From Endomicrobiales bacterium (lineage in GTDB: Bacteria > Elusimicrobiota > Endomicrobiia > Endomicrobiales > CAWCFT01), in assembly GCA_963794945.1 (NCBI GenBank), contig CAWCFT010000008.1:64001-128000 (forward strand): a stretch of DNA of 64,000 bases, written 5' to 3'. Each line of letters begins with the position of its first letter. Position 1 is the first letter of the stretch. This document shows, one piece after another, positions 18,005-28,639 of the stretch. Under the pieces are notes generated by a model, which saw nothing but the letters and a program-made list of their open reading frames with translations, did no database searches and was not told the DNA's origin. The translations under genes were made by a program, and so were the position numbers.

Positions 18005-20160
18005 TTATTTCCCGCTGATACTGAACTCAGAGTTGTCGATAGGCTCATTGACCACGCAGTTGCGCAGTTTGATCTCGGCATCGATGTTGTCTTTGCTGGA
18101 ATACACGTCAATATCAACCGGGATATAAAGCCCTTCTTCGAGGCTGTAATCCTTGAATTTAAATATCACACCATCGCCGGGCTTGAATTCAGATACTGTT
18201 CCATTGTTTGAATCTATCTCAATGGATTTTTCACCCAGGGTATAATAATATCTTTTGCCTTTGCGTTCAGATAGAGTTTTGTTTGAATCGAATTCCTCAA
18301 GCAGTTCGGCATCGAAATATTTTCGTACCCGTTCAAAAATATTCATTTTCTGAGAATTGAAGGTGTTCGCCGCGGCTTCCGGATAGAGCTTTATTCCATT
18401 ATTCTGTATTATAATAACCTGCGGCGCCATAAAATTGCCCAAAACGTCAACACGCCACAATTCCGGCCGGAGGTACTGGAAAAACCCGGCGAACCTGAAA
18501 TTTATTCCCGACGAACTGCCGGCCGCCGAGAAACCGGCCTTAAGAGAGCTCAATTGTTTTATGTTGCTCACTGCTCTCTTCAGGACTTTCCTCTGCAGCG
18601 TGCTCGGCAATACCAGTTTCTCCATCTCCACGACTTTCTTCTTCGCGTTTTTGTTGCCCGGGTCGAGGTCAAGGGCTTTCCTGTAAGCGTTCCAGGCATC
18701 AAGCACCCGGTTTTGTTTTGAGTAAAGGTCGCCTATATGTTCGAATATTATTGTATCGCTGAATTTTTCTGAAGCGCGGACAAGGAACTCTTCAGCCTTA
18801 TCGTAAGCGCCCGTTTTAAAATATACCCATCCCAGTGAATCCAGGTAGGAACCGTTATCCGGCTCAATATCAAGAGCCTTCTTTATTAGTCTTTCGGCCT
18901 CTCCAAGCTTAATGCCTTTGTCGGCGTAGCTATAACCAAGATAGTTGAGCGCCGGAGAGTAATCCGGGTTAGATTTTATTTCATCTTCCAGCTCCGCAGC
19001 AGCCTTGTCGAACTTCCCTTCCTGATCGTAAAGTACGCCCAGGTGAAAAGAAACACCGGCAAGCCCCGGCTTTAAACTTTTTGTTTTTAATAAGTACTTT
19101 TCGGCCGCGCGTGTTTTGTTCATATCGAAATAAACAAGGGCCAGCATGTAGCACGAAACGGCATTATCCGGGTCAAGTTTTTCCACGCGTTTGAGACAAT
19201 TCAACGCATTCTTATAGTCCTTTTTTTCAGAATAATAATAGCTGAGCCTGAGCAGCACCGGCTGGGTGCTTTCTTTTTGCTCTATGGCATTAAAATATTT
19301 TATCGCGCCGTCCCAGTCCTTTTTTTGTTCGGCTATAACTCCCAGCCAATAGCACACAGTGACATCTGAAGGGTTCAGCTCGTAAGCCTTGGAAAAAACA
19401 TTGCCAGCGGCATCGATATTCTTCAGCCTGTAGTAAAGGCCGCCAAGGTAAAGCATAACGGTCAGGTTGTCCGGCGCAAGCTCCAGGTATTTTTCGTACT
19501 CTTCGCAGCCGCGATGTATTTTTCCTCTTTTTCGTATAGCTGAGCGATAGCCAGGTGCGCCTCCGGAGGTTCGGGTTTCAGGGATATCGAATGCTGGTAA
19601 GCTTCCATCGCCGAATCCGTGTTGCCAAGTTTCTCCTGTGAAAGCCCCAGCTGATAATAACCCTGTGAAGAATCTGGTTCCTTTTCAAGGAATTGATTCC
19701 AGTATGACACTGCTTTTTCGGGATTATTATCGGACGCGTGGTAAGCCGCGAGATAAAGGACAGCGGTCTCGTTTTCAGGGTCAAGTTTAAGCACCTTCTC
19801 CCAGCACTCCTTTGCAAGGGCAGGCTCACCGGCGAGCATATAGAAACTCCCAAGGAAAAGCAGCACGGGAAGGTTGTCCCCGTAGGACTGTTCAAGTTTT
19901 TTTGCGGCGTTTAAGGCTTCTTCGGCCTTTCCGGCCTGCCACAGCGATAAGGCAATGTCTTTATATACATAAATAGCGTTTATATCCAGGTCCGCGGTAA
20001 GCTTATATTCGCTCAGGGCCTGCTCCGCGTTGCCCGACCTTGCGGCGAGCAGCCCCCTTATATACGATTCATAGGCTTTGACCGGCACGGCCCCGAAACA
20101 CGGCTCTAGAAACAGAGTAAATGTCACAATCAGCGCTGTAAAAATTTTAAATATTTTCAT
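18005..20160 (-). CDS. Exported TPR-repeat protein (indel near 19500)
   Basis: Signal peptide, multiple TPRs, ALNYLGYSYAD and YLDSLGWVYF motifs; typical position upstream of ispE. Confidence 0.85.
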
Positions 20161-20171
20161 ATGAATACTCA

Positions 20172-20258
20172 GTTTAAAAGTTAGCTATAAGCTGTAAAGT
20201 TTTAAGCTTTAAGAAAAATCTCCGTTGCCTTTTTTACAACTTATCGCTTAAAGCTTAG
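20172..20258. repeat. Inverted short-repeat array, family 3
   Basis: agctataagctgtaaagttttaagctttaag ... cttatcgcttaaagctta; the right arm is shared with 53252-53269. Confidence 0.75.
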
Positions 20259-20365
20259 TGGCGACCCCTCCGGCTAAAGCCGGAGGCTCCTTAATCCTGT
20301 CGCCCTCCCGGGACGTCCGCCTATGGCGGGCCTCCCCCGTCTGAAGACGGGAGATTTCATGTCGC
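20258..20365. mobile_element. Miniature non-autonomous IS200/IS605-type element (PATE-like)
   Basis: Two subterminal hairpins, CCTCCGGCT-AA-AGCCGGAGG and CCCGTCT-GA-AGACGGG, in a GC-rich ~105-bp stretch with no ORF. Confidence 0.6.
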
Positions 20366-20369
20366 GGGA

Positions 20370-20807
20370 TTAAAGGTTTTTCTCCATAAGCACCGCGTCT
20401 TCGGTATTATTGTAATATTTCTCGCGGACACCCGTAATTTTGAACCCGAACGATCCGTAGAGATCTATAGCCGGCTGGTTATTCTTCCTTACCTCAAGCA
20501 GTATTTTCTTAAGCCCCTGCGATACCATGGACGCCGTGAGGTACTCAAGGAGTTTCCTGCCGCAGCCCTTCGAACGGTATTTTGGATGTATAGCAAGGTT
20601 GATAAGATGGGCTTCGTCTTCTACCCGCCAGAAACCGCCGTACCCGATCACAAGGTCTCCTGACAGAGCTACGAAGAAATTGGAGATAGGCAGTGATATT
20701 TCCCTTTCAAACATGCCCCGGGTCCAGGGCTGAGGGAAAGAGAGGTTCTCAATTTCAATTATTTTGTCAAGATGCTCGTCTTTTAAACGTAAATATTTCA
20801 GCTCCAT
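20370..20807 (-). CDS. rimI: Ribosomal protein S18 alanine N-acetyltransferase
   Basis: SFPQPW, NLAIHPKYRSKGCG, LEVRKNN, REKYY, EDAVLM. Confidence 0.92.
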   Translation of the reverse strand: MELKYLRLKDEHLDKIIEIENLSFPQPWTRGMFEREISLPISNFFVALSGDLVIGYGGFWRVEDEAHLINLAIHPKYRSKGCGRKLLEYLTASMVSQGLKKILLEVRKNNQPAIDLYGSFGFKITGVREKYYNNTEDAVLMEKNL

Positions 20808-20876
20808 GTTTGATTATACAAAAATATCACTGCCAATTCAAATTTGAGCTAATACGTACCCGCGCACGCTGGAATC

Positions 20877-20921
20877 TCCGCCACTATGTCCTAGGCGGAT
20901 CCGCCGTGCTGTGTTGGCGGA
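20877..20921. repeat. Two tandem TCCGCC-n-GGCGGA palindromes (REP-like)
   Basis: tccgccactatgtcctaggcgga tccgccgtgctgtgttggcgga. Confidence 0.55.
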
Positions 20922-21024
20922 CATTTCCGACGAAGAAGTGTTTTATAAGTCACGAAAGTCACGCCTGACACAGATTTCCTGAATCCTTCTATATTTTATA
21001 TAACGACACAACCATGTGTTTCAC

Positions 21025-21792
21025 TTATGATTGAGTGCCTTGTTTGATGTGATAATCAATTTTATTCTCATTGCAAAAAGATATTACTGTTCTAGTTAAA
21101 TTATTATAAAATTCCCTTGTATACTTAAATTCCGAAGATTTTACATTGTAATTTAATCTGCCGAAAATTATTTTATCTACAAATGAAACAGCTTCCAATA
21201 TTTTGTTTAAATCTTGGTCTATTAAATTAGGCGTGGGGTAAGGCTCCATACTTATCCAAGTCTTAAATCCTTTGTCATGCAACTGCTTAAGTGACTTTAT
21301 TCTATCCACGTAAGCTGCTGAATATGGTTCATATTCTTTTCTAAATTCTTCGTTTAATGAAACTAAAGTAATACCATATTCATTATTTTTACTGTGCCCA
21401 TTTTTTCGCCCAATTTCAGCAGGATAAACACCTTTTGTAAGCACAGTACATTTAATTTTATTTAGATTTAATTTATCAATAATCTTTGAGCTTAAATCAC
21501 ATATTTCATTCTGTTCATACATAAATGGATCTGTTGAAAAACACATATGAACATACTTTATTTGATTTTTATATTTAGGTATTTCTTTGTCCAAAAGCTC
21601 TAAAGCATTGGAAACTATTTTTGGTTTGCACCATTCTTCATAAGTTTTAATAACCCCACACCTTTTCTTCATCATATAAGCATAGCAGGGATACTTACAA
21701 CCATGAGAACACCCCTCAACATGATTTAAACAAAAATCAGAGTATTCCACAGCGCTTTTATAAAGCAATGATTTTCTTTGTATGTAGTTCAT
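21025..21792 (-). CDS. Radical SAM-like protein (SplB/DUF5131-like) with a CX3CX3C motif
   Basis: GCSHGCKYPCYA, STDPF, VLTK, TWISMEP; AT-rich. Confidence 0.8.
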   Translation of the reverse strand: MNYIQRKSLLYKSAVEYSDFCLNHVEGCSHGCKYPCYAYMMKKRCGVIKTYEEWCKPKIVSNALELLDKEIPKYKNQIKYVHMCFSTDPFMYEQNEICDLSSKIIDKLNLNKIKCTVLTKGVYPAEIGRKNGHSKNNEYGITLVSLNEEFRKEYEPYSAAYVDRIKSLKQLHDKGFKTWISMEPYPTPNLIDQDLNKILEAVSFVDKIIFGRLNYNVKSSEFKYTREFYNNLTRTVISFCNENKIDYHIKQGTQS

Positions 21793-22681
21793 TGAAAATG
21801 AAACTCTTTTTGGCCTGTAGAATCAACTTTAATAACACTGTCCCATATTTTTTGCGCAAGTTTATGTTTAGTAGCAAGAATTAAGACATATAAATTTACG
21901 TCTTTTACATTTTTTACAGAAACAGCTGAATCTGTAAATTTCAACCCTTCTTCCGGATAACCAATACTTTTAAGCTGTTGTTTAAAAACATCCAAAACCA
22001 CGGGGTAAACATTTGGTTTCCCTTTTTTTTCGCTTCGGCAACTCTATCCCGCCAAACAGTAGTACCCAAAAAACTATCTAAAATAGTATCGGTTCTATCC
22101 TGCCAATTATCAATATTGCGTTTAATTGCGCCTATAGGAAAATGTATAAGCATATCCATTCGTTGAAATTGTGCCAATTCTTTGAGTGTTTCAAATTTTA
22201 AACCTGATGGAGCAAAAGGATCTATATATGCAAAATGATATTTGCTGTATTTACTTTTTTTAAGATACGCTACGATATTCTTTACTTGTTCGTTAGAATC
22301 CCCTTGCTTAAAAATAGATCTTCCATTATTTATTATTCTTTTCTTAAAAGCCTCTATATTCTCACCATCAATATCAGAAAACACATATTCATTGAATGGT
22401 GCTTTTTCCAATTTTATTACCCTCAAACCTCCGCCATCAATCTCTCTTCCGTCATCTCTAATGACACATTTTCCTGGGCCACAAAATAAATCTATAAAAA
22501 CAGCATTACAATTGTTTGCAAACTTTTTTCGAGCCGCACAAGTTGAATGTAAATATCTTTCTAACAAATAGTATTTATTTTCTGACCAGGAACCAACACA
22601 TTGCGCAGGCAAACCATCTTCAGCGTTCACCGGGCAATTTCCATTTTCTTTCTTACAGTCTTTTTTACAAACTCTATCCAT
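21789..22681 (-). CDS. Three-Cys-motif partner protein (TcmP-like SAM-dependent methyltransferase fold); indel near 22020
   Basis: VGSWSENKYYLLERY, FIDLFCGPG, GDSN, AYIDPF, FLGTTVW, YVLILATKH. Confidence 0.8.
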
Positions 22682-22820
22682 AAATCCCCCTTATGTCTGA
22701 TACATATTTTAGCAAATAACGTTGCCATCATGAAACTGCTTTATATTATCAGTTTTCCTGCTTTCGCATCGGGATCACCAAAATCTTTTCCGACTGTTTG
22801 CCAACACTTCCATAATTTTA

Positions 22821-24528
22821 CTACCCGCCCAGCTTCTTTTTGATAGCTTCGTTTACTTCCTGCATCATTTGTATCCATGCTTTCTTCAGGGTTGCGTCGG
22901 CTTCACTAATGCCCGGACTGCCAAGCTCCTGCTGGTATTTGGCGATGTAGGTCTCATACTGCCCCTTTACGTTTGCCATATCCTCATGTGGCATCCGGCC
23001 GCTGTTTATCAGCTCAAGCATTTTCTTTTTCTGTTCTTCAATGTCAGCCAGCGCACCCTTATCAGTTTTTGGCATTTGGCCATCGGGATTTGTATTATTG
23101 AGCTTGCTTAGTTCCTCAATCCTAGCCTGAATTTCCTGAAGCTGCTGGTTCACTTTTGCCTTTTCCTCTTCTGTCAGTTTGGGGTTGGACAGGCTCATGG
23201 TAATTACTTTCATTATGCCCTGAAGCGTTAGTATCTGTACCTGCGGAGTCTTTCCTTCCAGGGCTATAGCCCAGTTACCGCTTTTTATTGCCTCTGCCTG
23301 TTTTTTCATCTCTTCCAGTTGGGCGGGCCTGCCCGCCGAAAAGGCGGGGTCAGTTATAGTTTGTTTTGGGGTTGTGGTTTGGGCTCCCTTGTGCTTGGGC
23401 TTCTTTGGTTTAGAAGAGGCGGGTTTCAAACTCTTTTCTGCTTCCTTAATCTTGAGCTTCAGAGCGTTATGCTTATCAATTTTTTCCTGTAACTGCTGTT
23501 TCATGCCGGATGAATCAAGCTTCCCCTTTTCGGCATTCTTAACCGCCGCCTGCCCAAGCTTGATCTCCGCTTCAAGCCCGTCTGCCTCAGCCTTATCAGC
23601 CTTGAGCGCTGCCTTAGCTGCCCTTACAGCCTCAGGGTCTGGCCCGGCAGGGCGGGCCTGCGACTTGGCCTGCTCTGCCTGCCACTTCTGGTGCTCATCT
23701 GTAATAGCCTTGGCAATGGCGTCTGTGGGGGTGTCTGCCGGTACAATGGCCTCTATACGTATGTTTTTGCCGGCCTTGGCTATATGAACGCCTTGAGCTT
23801 TGCTATGCTTCTTGCCAGCCCCTGCCTCATCGGCAGGCATGGATGAGGCAGGGCCTGATGTCATTTTAGCTATAAGCTGGCGGGTATCCAGAATACTCAA
23901 ATCCTTCGCGATTATCTCTTCGGCCGCCTTTATCTTTAGGTCATCAGATGGCAGGCCAAGAAGCTCAAGGGCATGGCTCCGGGGCAATGTGCGACGTCGC
24001 ACATTGTCTTTAACCAGCCTCAGGTAATTGCAGCAATCCAATGGAATGAGTTACATAGCTCCTGTCCTTGCCTATATCAGCGGCTATCTTTTCATGGGTA
24101 TATTTAGCCGGGTCAAGCTTGTTTAAATGGTCAAACCCTTCGCCTTCCTCTATCGGGTTCAGGCTCTGCCGCTGGATGTTTTCATACAGGCCCATAGCGG
24201 CAGCCACGGCATCACTGGGGGCTGACCTTATAATAGCCTCTATCACTTTCCTGCCTTTATACTTATATGCCCGCCAGCGGCATTCGCCAGCGATAAGCTC
24301 GTACCATTCCCCATCTGGCGAGACGCCTTCCGGTATCTGGCCTGGCGCGGATACAACGAAAACCGAAATAAGTTCTATAAGACCTACATCTTCAATTGAA
24401 TCTGCCAGGCTTTTGATCCTTGCTTCCGGAAAATTCTTCCTTGCCTGGTGTCGTGAAGGTAGGATGTGGTCCACCGGAATCAGCTTAATAACAGACTGCG
24501 CCGCTTGTGCCTGAGCATCGTCAGCCAT
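22821..24528 (-). CDS. ParB/Spo0J-like protein with a long charged helical C-terminal extension (indel near 24012)
   Basis: QARKNF, LADSI, YELIAGECRWRA, ENIQRQSLNPIEE, HTH THEKIAADIGKDRSYVT; continues in ORF 22821-24041. Confidence 0.8.
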
Positions 24529-24558
24529 GGTTAAAACCCTCCTATTGAAGATATAGTT

Positions 24559-27500
24559 TCAAATGGACACGCTAGATTTATCAATCTCAGCCATGATTCT
24601 TTCTGTCTCTGTTAGGGCAACAATAATTTTCTGGTAATGCTCAATATCAGAGTTGGTCAGGGTACGGTCTTTACGATCTTTCAGCCACTTCTGGGCCGGT
24701 TGGTAACCGCCAATATAAAAGTTCCAAGCTGATTTAGGAACATTGCCAAAATATTGTTCCTTGTTAATATAGACATTGCTGTCTTTGTAAACAATTTTTT
24801 CAACAATATTTCACCGCCAACCGGGTAGGTTGTGATGAATTTGTTAACTTTAGGCGATTCAAGGAGGTGAAGGGAGCGCAGTTCAGCGCCAAGCTTTGCA
24901 AGCTCTTTGAAGATTTTTTTATCTTTCGGATATGGCACGCGCGGGAAATCAATTTTCAAAAATTCTTTATACTTATCGCGATACCCAGGAGAGTGTAAAA
25001 CTGCATAGATGTAGTCAAAAATATCCTCTGGTGTAACTCTGCCAACATTTTTTTCAATTTCATTGACGATTTCTTGTTTAAAATTTAAGATTTGTGTCTC
25101 ATCTTCATTATAAATATATAAAGGAAATTTAAACGAATTATCTGAAACAAAATGCTCATCAGAAATATGTTTAGATATGAAAATATAATCGCCCACACGT
25201 GAAGTTTCAATAGCGATATTATCTCTATTAAAGAAATTATCCATGACCTGCGAACGACTCCTTGAAAGAAAGTTTTTGTCATAATATATGTATCTGCAAT
25301 CAAAAGGCCTATAATCATGTTCTGTTAGGCAATTATCGTTATAATCAATTTTTAATACATTGTCATATTCCCAAGTAGTTTTTGGATTTAAATCATATTT
25401 CTGGATAATCTCTTTTAAAGAATATTTATTAGTGACAATATCTTCTATTCTATCACCTAGTATTTTTTTATCAAAATCAATAGAAATATTATCAACCTTA
25501 GTTTTTATTCCTGCCGAATACACATTGAATAAGTCTGTAACTGAAAAACTATAACCATATTCATCTTGTACGCTGAAATCTTTTGGTACAAAAAAATAAT
25601 ATGGTTCAGAGTAATTTAGTTTCTTCCATTTAATATTTTTTAAATCGTTTTCATTGAGTGCTTTGAATTTATCTTTTCTCTTGCCATATAATTCAGCATG
25701 ATGAACATTGCCGAGTTCCTTTTTATTGATCGCTTTACGCACGAATATTGAAATGGAAACACCTTGTTGAATATCAAAAACATTCTCATCTTTACCGCCA
25801 CCAGGCGCTTTTTCTTTTTTCTTAGAATTACCGTGTAAGTCAAGGATATAAATATCTTCAAATGTTTCAAGCAAGTGCTTCCTCATCTGGCGATGAGTAA
25901 TTCCATCTATGAAAGAATTGTTCGTTATCATAGCAACAATGCCATTGTTGTTTCTTTCAATGAAATGTTCTGAGAAACGAATAAATTTAATATAGTCATC
26001 GTCAAGATTTATTTTACGTTCTCCAAGATTTTTCTTGTAATCTTTAATAAGATTCAGTATCCACTCGCTTTTATTCGATGAACTAATGCTGTACGGCGGA
26101 TTACCGATTACAACCATAATAGGTGTTTGGTTTTTTATTACTGCCGCCTCTTTGGATTCTTCGGCTATGCTTTCGGCAAAACCAAAAGTCGCGAATAAGT
26201 CCGTTTGAGCGCCACTTTCTTCAAGCGAGTTCGTAAGATAAATACCGAGACGGCGGTTAAAGTGTATAAAACCAGTCTCCTTAAATGCCATACTCAACTT
26301 TAAATGAGCTATTGTATAGGGCGCCATCATAAGTTCAAACCCGTGCAGGCGCGGTAATAAATCGTGATGCACATAGGTTGTCCAGCGGCCTTTCTGATTA
26401 TTTTTAAGCAATCGTTGGTAGATGATTCGAATAGCGGCACTGATGAACGTTCCTGTACCAACAGCTGGATCAAGGATCTGAACCCGATGTTTACCTGTTT
26501 CCAATTTCGATGTATCGGCCAAACCAGCCACAAGGTTGAAATCTTTTTCAAGAACATAATCAACCGCGCGTACGATAAACCTCACAACAGGTAACGGCGT
26601 ATAGAAAGCGCCGAGCTTCTTGCGAAGTTCCGGGTCATATTCTTTCAAAAAGTCTTCATAAAAATGAATTACCGGGTCGGGACTTTCGTGAGTTTTACCC
26701 CATAAATCGTCTTCAAAATACTGTTTCATAAGTTCTGGGATATCGGCATGAGAAAAAACCATGCACAACTCATCTACTATATACTTAAGCCGCTCATCAA
26801 AATCTGTCCCCGCTATGTGATCAAAGAAATGCTGTAAAAGCGGGTTTGATTTTGGAACAAGGTCGCGGGCTTTTTGCCGCGAGAATTTTTCAGGGGTTTC
26901 GTCATAATAGCGGGCGATGAAAAGACCGTACACAAGAGTTTGCGCGTACATGTCAGCGAAAGATTCTAACGTTAAATCATGAACAAGCTGTTTTTTAATA
27001 GTTTCATAAACCTTTAGTATCTCGGCATTTTTGTCCGAATCAACTGAAAGAAATTGTTTGATGTTATCCCTGATTCTGCGGCCTTTGCCTCCCATAATTT
27101 TTGAGAGGTGTTCGCCGGATTTAATCGGTTCTTTTTGTGAATTTGCGAAATCTGTCAGGGATTTGGCAAGATGCTCGTAGTTTTCAGGCAGGGGAGTAAT
27201 CGTTCTAAAATTAATGTCGTAAGCCGCAATTTTTATAGGCTCTTCATAGCGTTTCCCATGTCTATAGAAACGAAATTCCAAATAATCAGTAAGCACTAGA
27301 TTTGTATACCCAAAATATCTTGCCATCTGGTCGGACTTTTCAATTTTATCCAGAGATACGCCGATATCTTTTGTCTCGATATAAAGCAATGGAATATCTT
27401 TAGTGCCAACAACAAAATCAGGTCTATTACCCTCAACTGCTTTGGGGTCATGGTCTATGCGTTGAATACTTATTTTTTCAAAAACACCTTCAAGCATAAT

Positions 27501-27593
27501 TTCAAAAGCAGTGCGATATCCCATTTCGGTTGTTTCTTCGCGGGAGAATTTGGCCGAAATTGCCTGAATGTAAGTTTCAAATATTTTTTGCAT
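24559..27593 (-). CDS. Single-chain restriction-modification enzyme (type IIG/IIL-like): nuclease, N6-adenine MTase and ISP-type specificity domain; indel near 24810
   Basis: RPDF...YIETKD, GAFYTP, ILDPAVGTGTF, VIGNPPY, YRPFD. Shifted frame ends FYIGGYQPAQKWLKDRK...SSVSI*. Confidence 0.88.
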
Positions 27594-27603
27594 TTATTTT
27601 ATC

Positions 27604-27743
27604 CTATACTTGTCTGCGGAAAACAAAAAAACCACACCGCGCGCAATTCGCGCAATGTGGCTTGGTTCTTACAGCATTTCTCTCCCAGTTATTATCAATT
27701 GCCATCATAGGCAGATTCTATCTCTTTTTTATCTGTTTTTCAA
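27604..27743 (-). promoter_or_regulatory. Promoter, 34-codon upstream ORF and terminator ahead of the R-M gene
   Basis: TTGAAA-17-TAGAAT (27743-27715); ATG 6 nt later (27708); hairpin GCCACATTGCGCG-AAT-TGCGCGCGGTGTGGT plus T run. Confidence 0.5.
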
Positions 27744-27755
27744 ACCGGGCAGTCT

Positions 27756-28091
27756 TTATTTCCCCGCCCTGTACATGACCACGTTGGCTTTTTCGATGGT
27801 TATAAGACCGTCTATCACCATATCGTCAAGCTGCGGTATGAACTGGCTGATCTTCTCTTCGCTGTCGACAATTTCTATTATCACGGGCAGGTCTTCGGAA
27901 AGCCTCAATATTTTAGCCGTGTGCATGTGGCTCTTCGCCCCGAAACCCATAAAACCTTTTATGACCGTGGCCCCCGCCATGCTTTGTTTCTTGGCTAGAA
28001 GAACTATCTCTTCGTAAAGAGGTTTGCCGTTCCATTTATCCGCTTCGCCTATAAATATCCTCAATAATTTGCCGTCGCCCGGTATCTTCAC
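27756..28091 (-). CDS. DUF190 family (P-II-like fold) protein
   Basis: LLRIFIGEAD, AGATVIKGFMGFG, LSEDLPVIIEIVD; next to fluC. Confidence 0.9.
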   Translation of the reverse strand: MKIPGDGKLLRIFIGEADKWNGKPLYEEIVLLAKKQSMAGATVIKGFMGFGAKSHMHTAKILRLSEDLPVIIEIVDSEEKISQFIPQLDDMVIDGLITIEKANVVMYRAGK

Positions 28092-28100
28092 ATATACCTC

Positions 28101-28222
28101 CAAATACTAAGATTAAAAATCAAACATTAAATATCAAAATTAAGGTTAACAACTATTATTTTAAATGCTTTTGAATTTTGACGTGCAATTTTAATTTTTG
28201 ATTCTTGATATTTGATATCTAT
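28101..28222. repeat. Inverted short-repeat array, family 5 (AAATATC / GATATTT)
   Basis: aaaaatcaaacattaaatatcaaaattaaggttaac ... ttttgattcttgatatttgatat. Confidence 0.75.
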
Positions 28223-28594
28223 ATGACATCTCCTATCAATATCCCTATCCTGAACAATATAAAGCCAGCCACGAGGCTCACCGCCGTATTTACAAACGCC
28301 CTCATAACCTGCCCGTCCCTTATAAGATTGTTCGGTCTCGAAAATAAATGTCGAAAAAGTGGTAAAAGCGCCGCAAAAACCTATCATGAGCAGTGTCCTT
28401 ACGTCGCTGCCCAGCACGAATTTCTTTTCAGCCATCGTTGTAAGGAAACCGAGGAGTAAGCACCCGGAGAGGTTTACAGCGAGCGTTCCGTAAGGAAAAT
28501 TGGCCCCGGTAACACGGTAAACAGCGCCGGCAAGCGCATATCTCGCGCAAGTGCCCAATGATCCCCCGATAATAAGTTCCAGTATTTTCGACAT
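28219..28594 (-). CDS. crcB: Fluoride channel FluC/CrcB (indel near 28335)
   Basis: GGSLGTCARY, FPYGTLAVNLSG, GFCGAFTTFSTF. Confidence 0.92.
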
Positions 28595-28639
28595 TATCAC
28601 TTTCTAATAGAATTATATCTAACTCTCAATTTTGATTCT

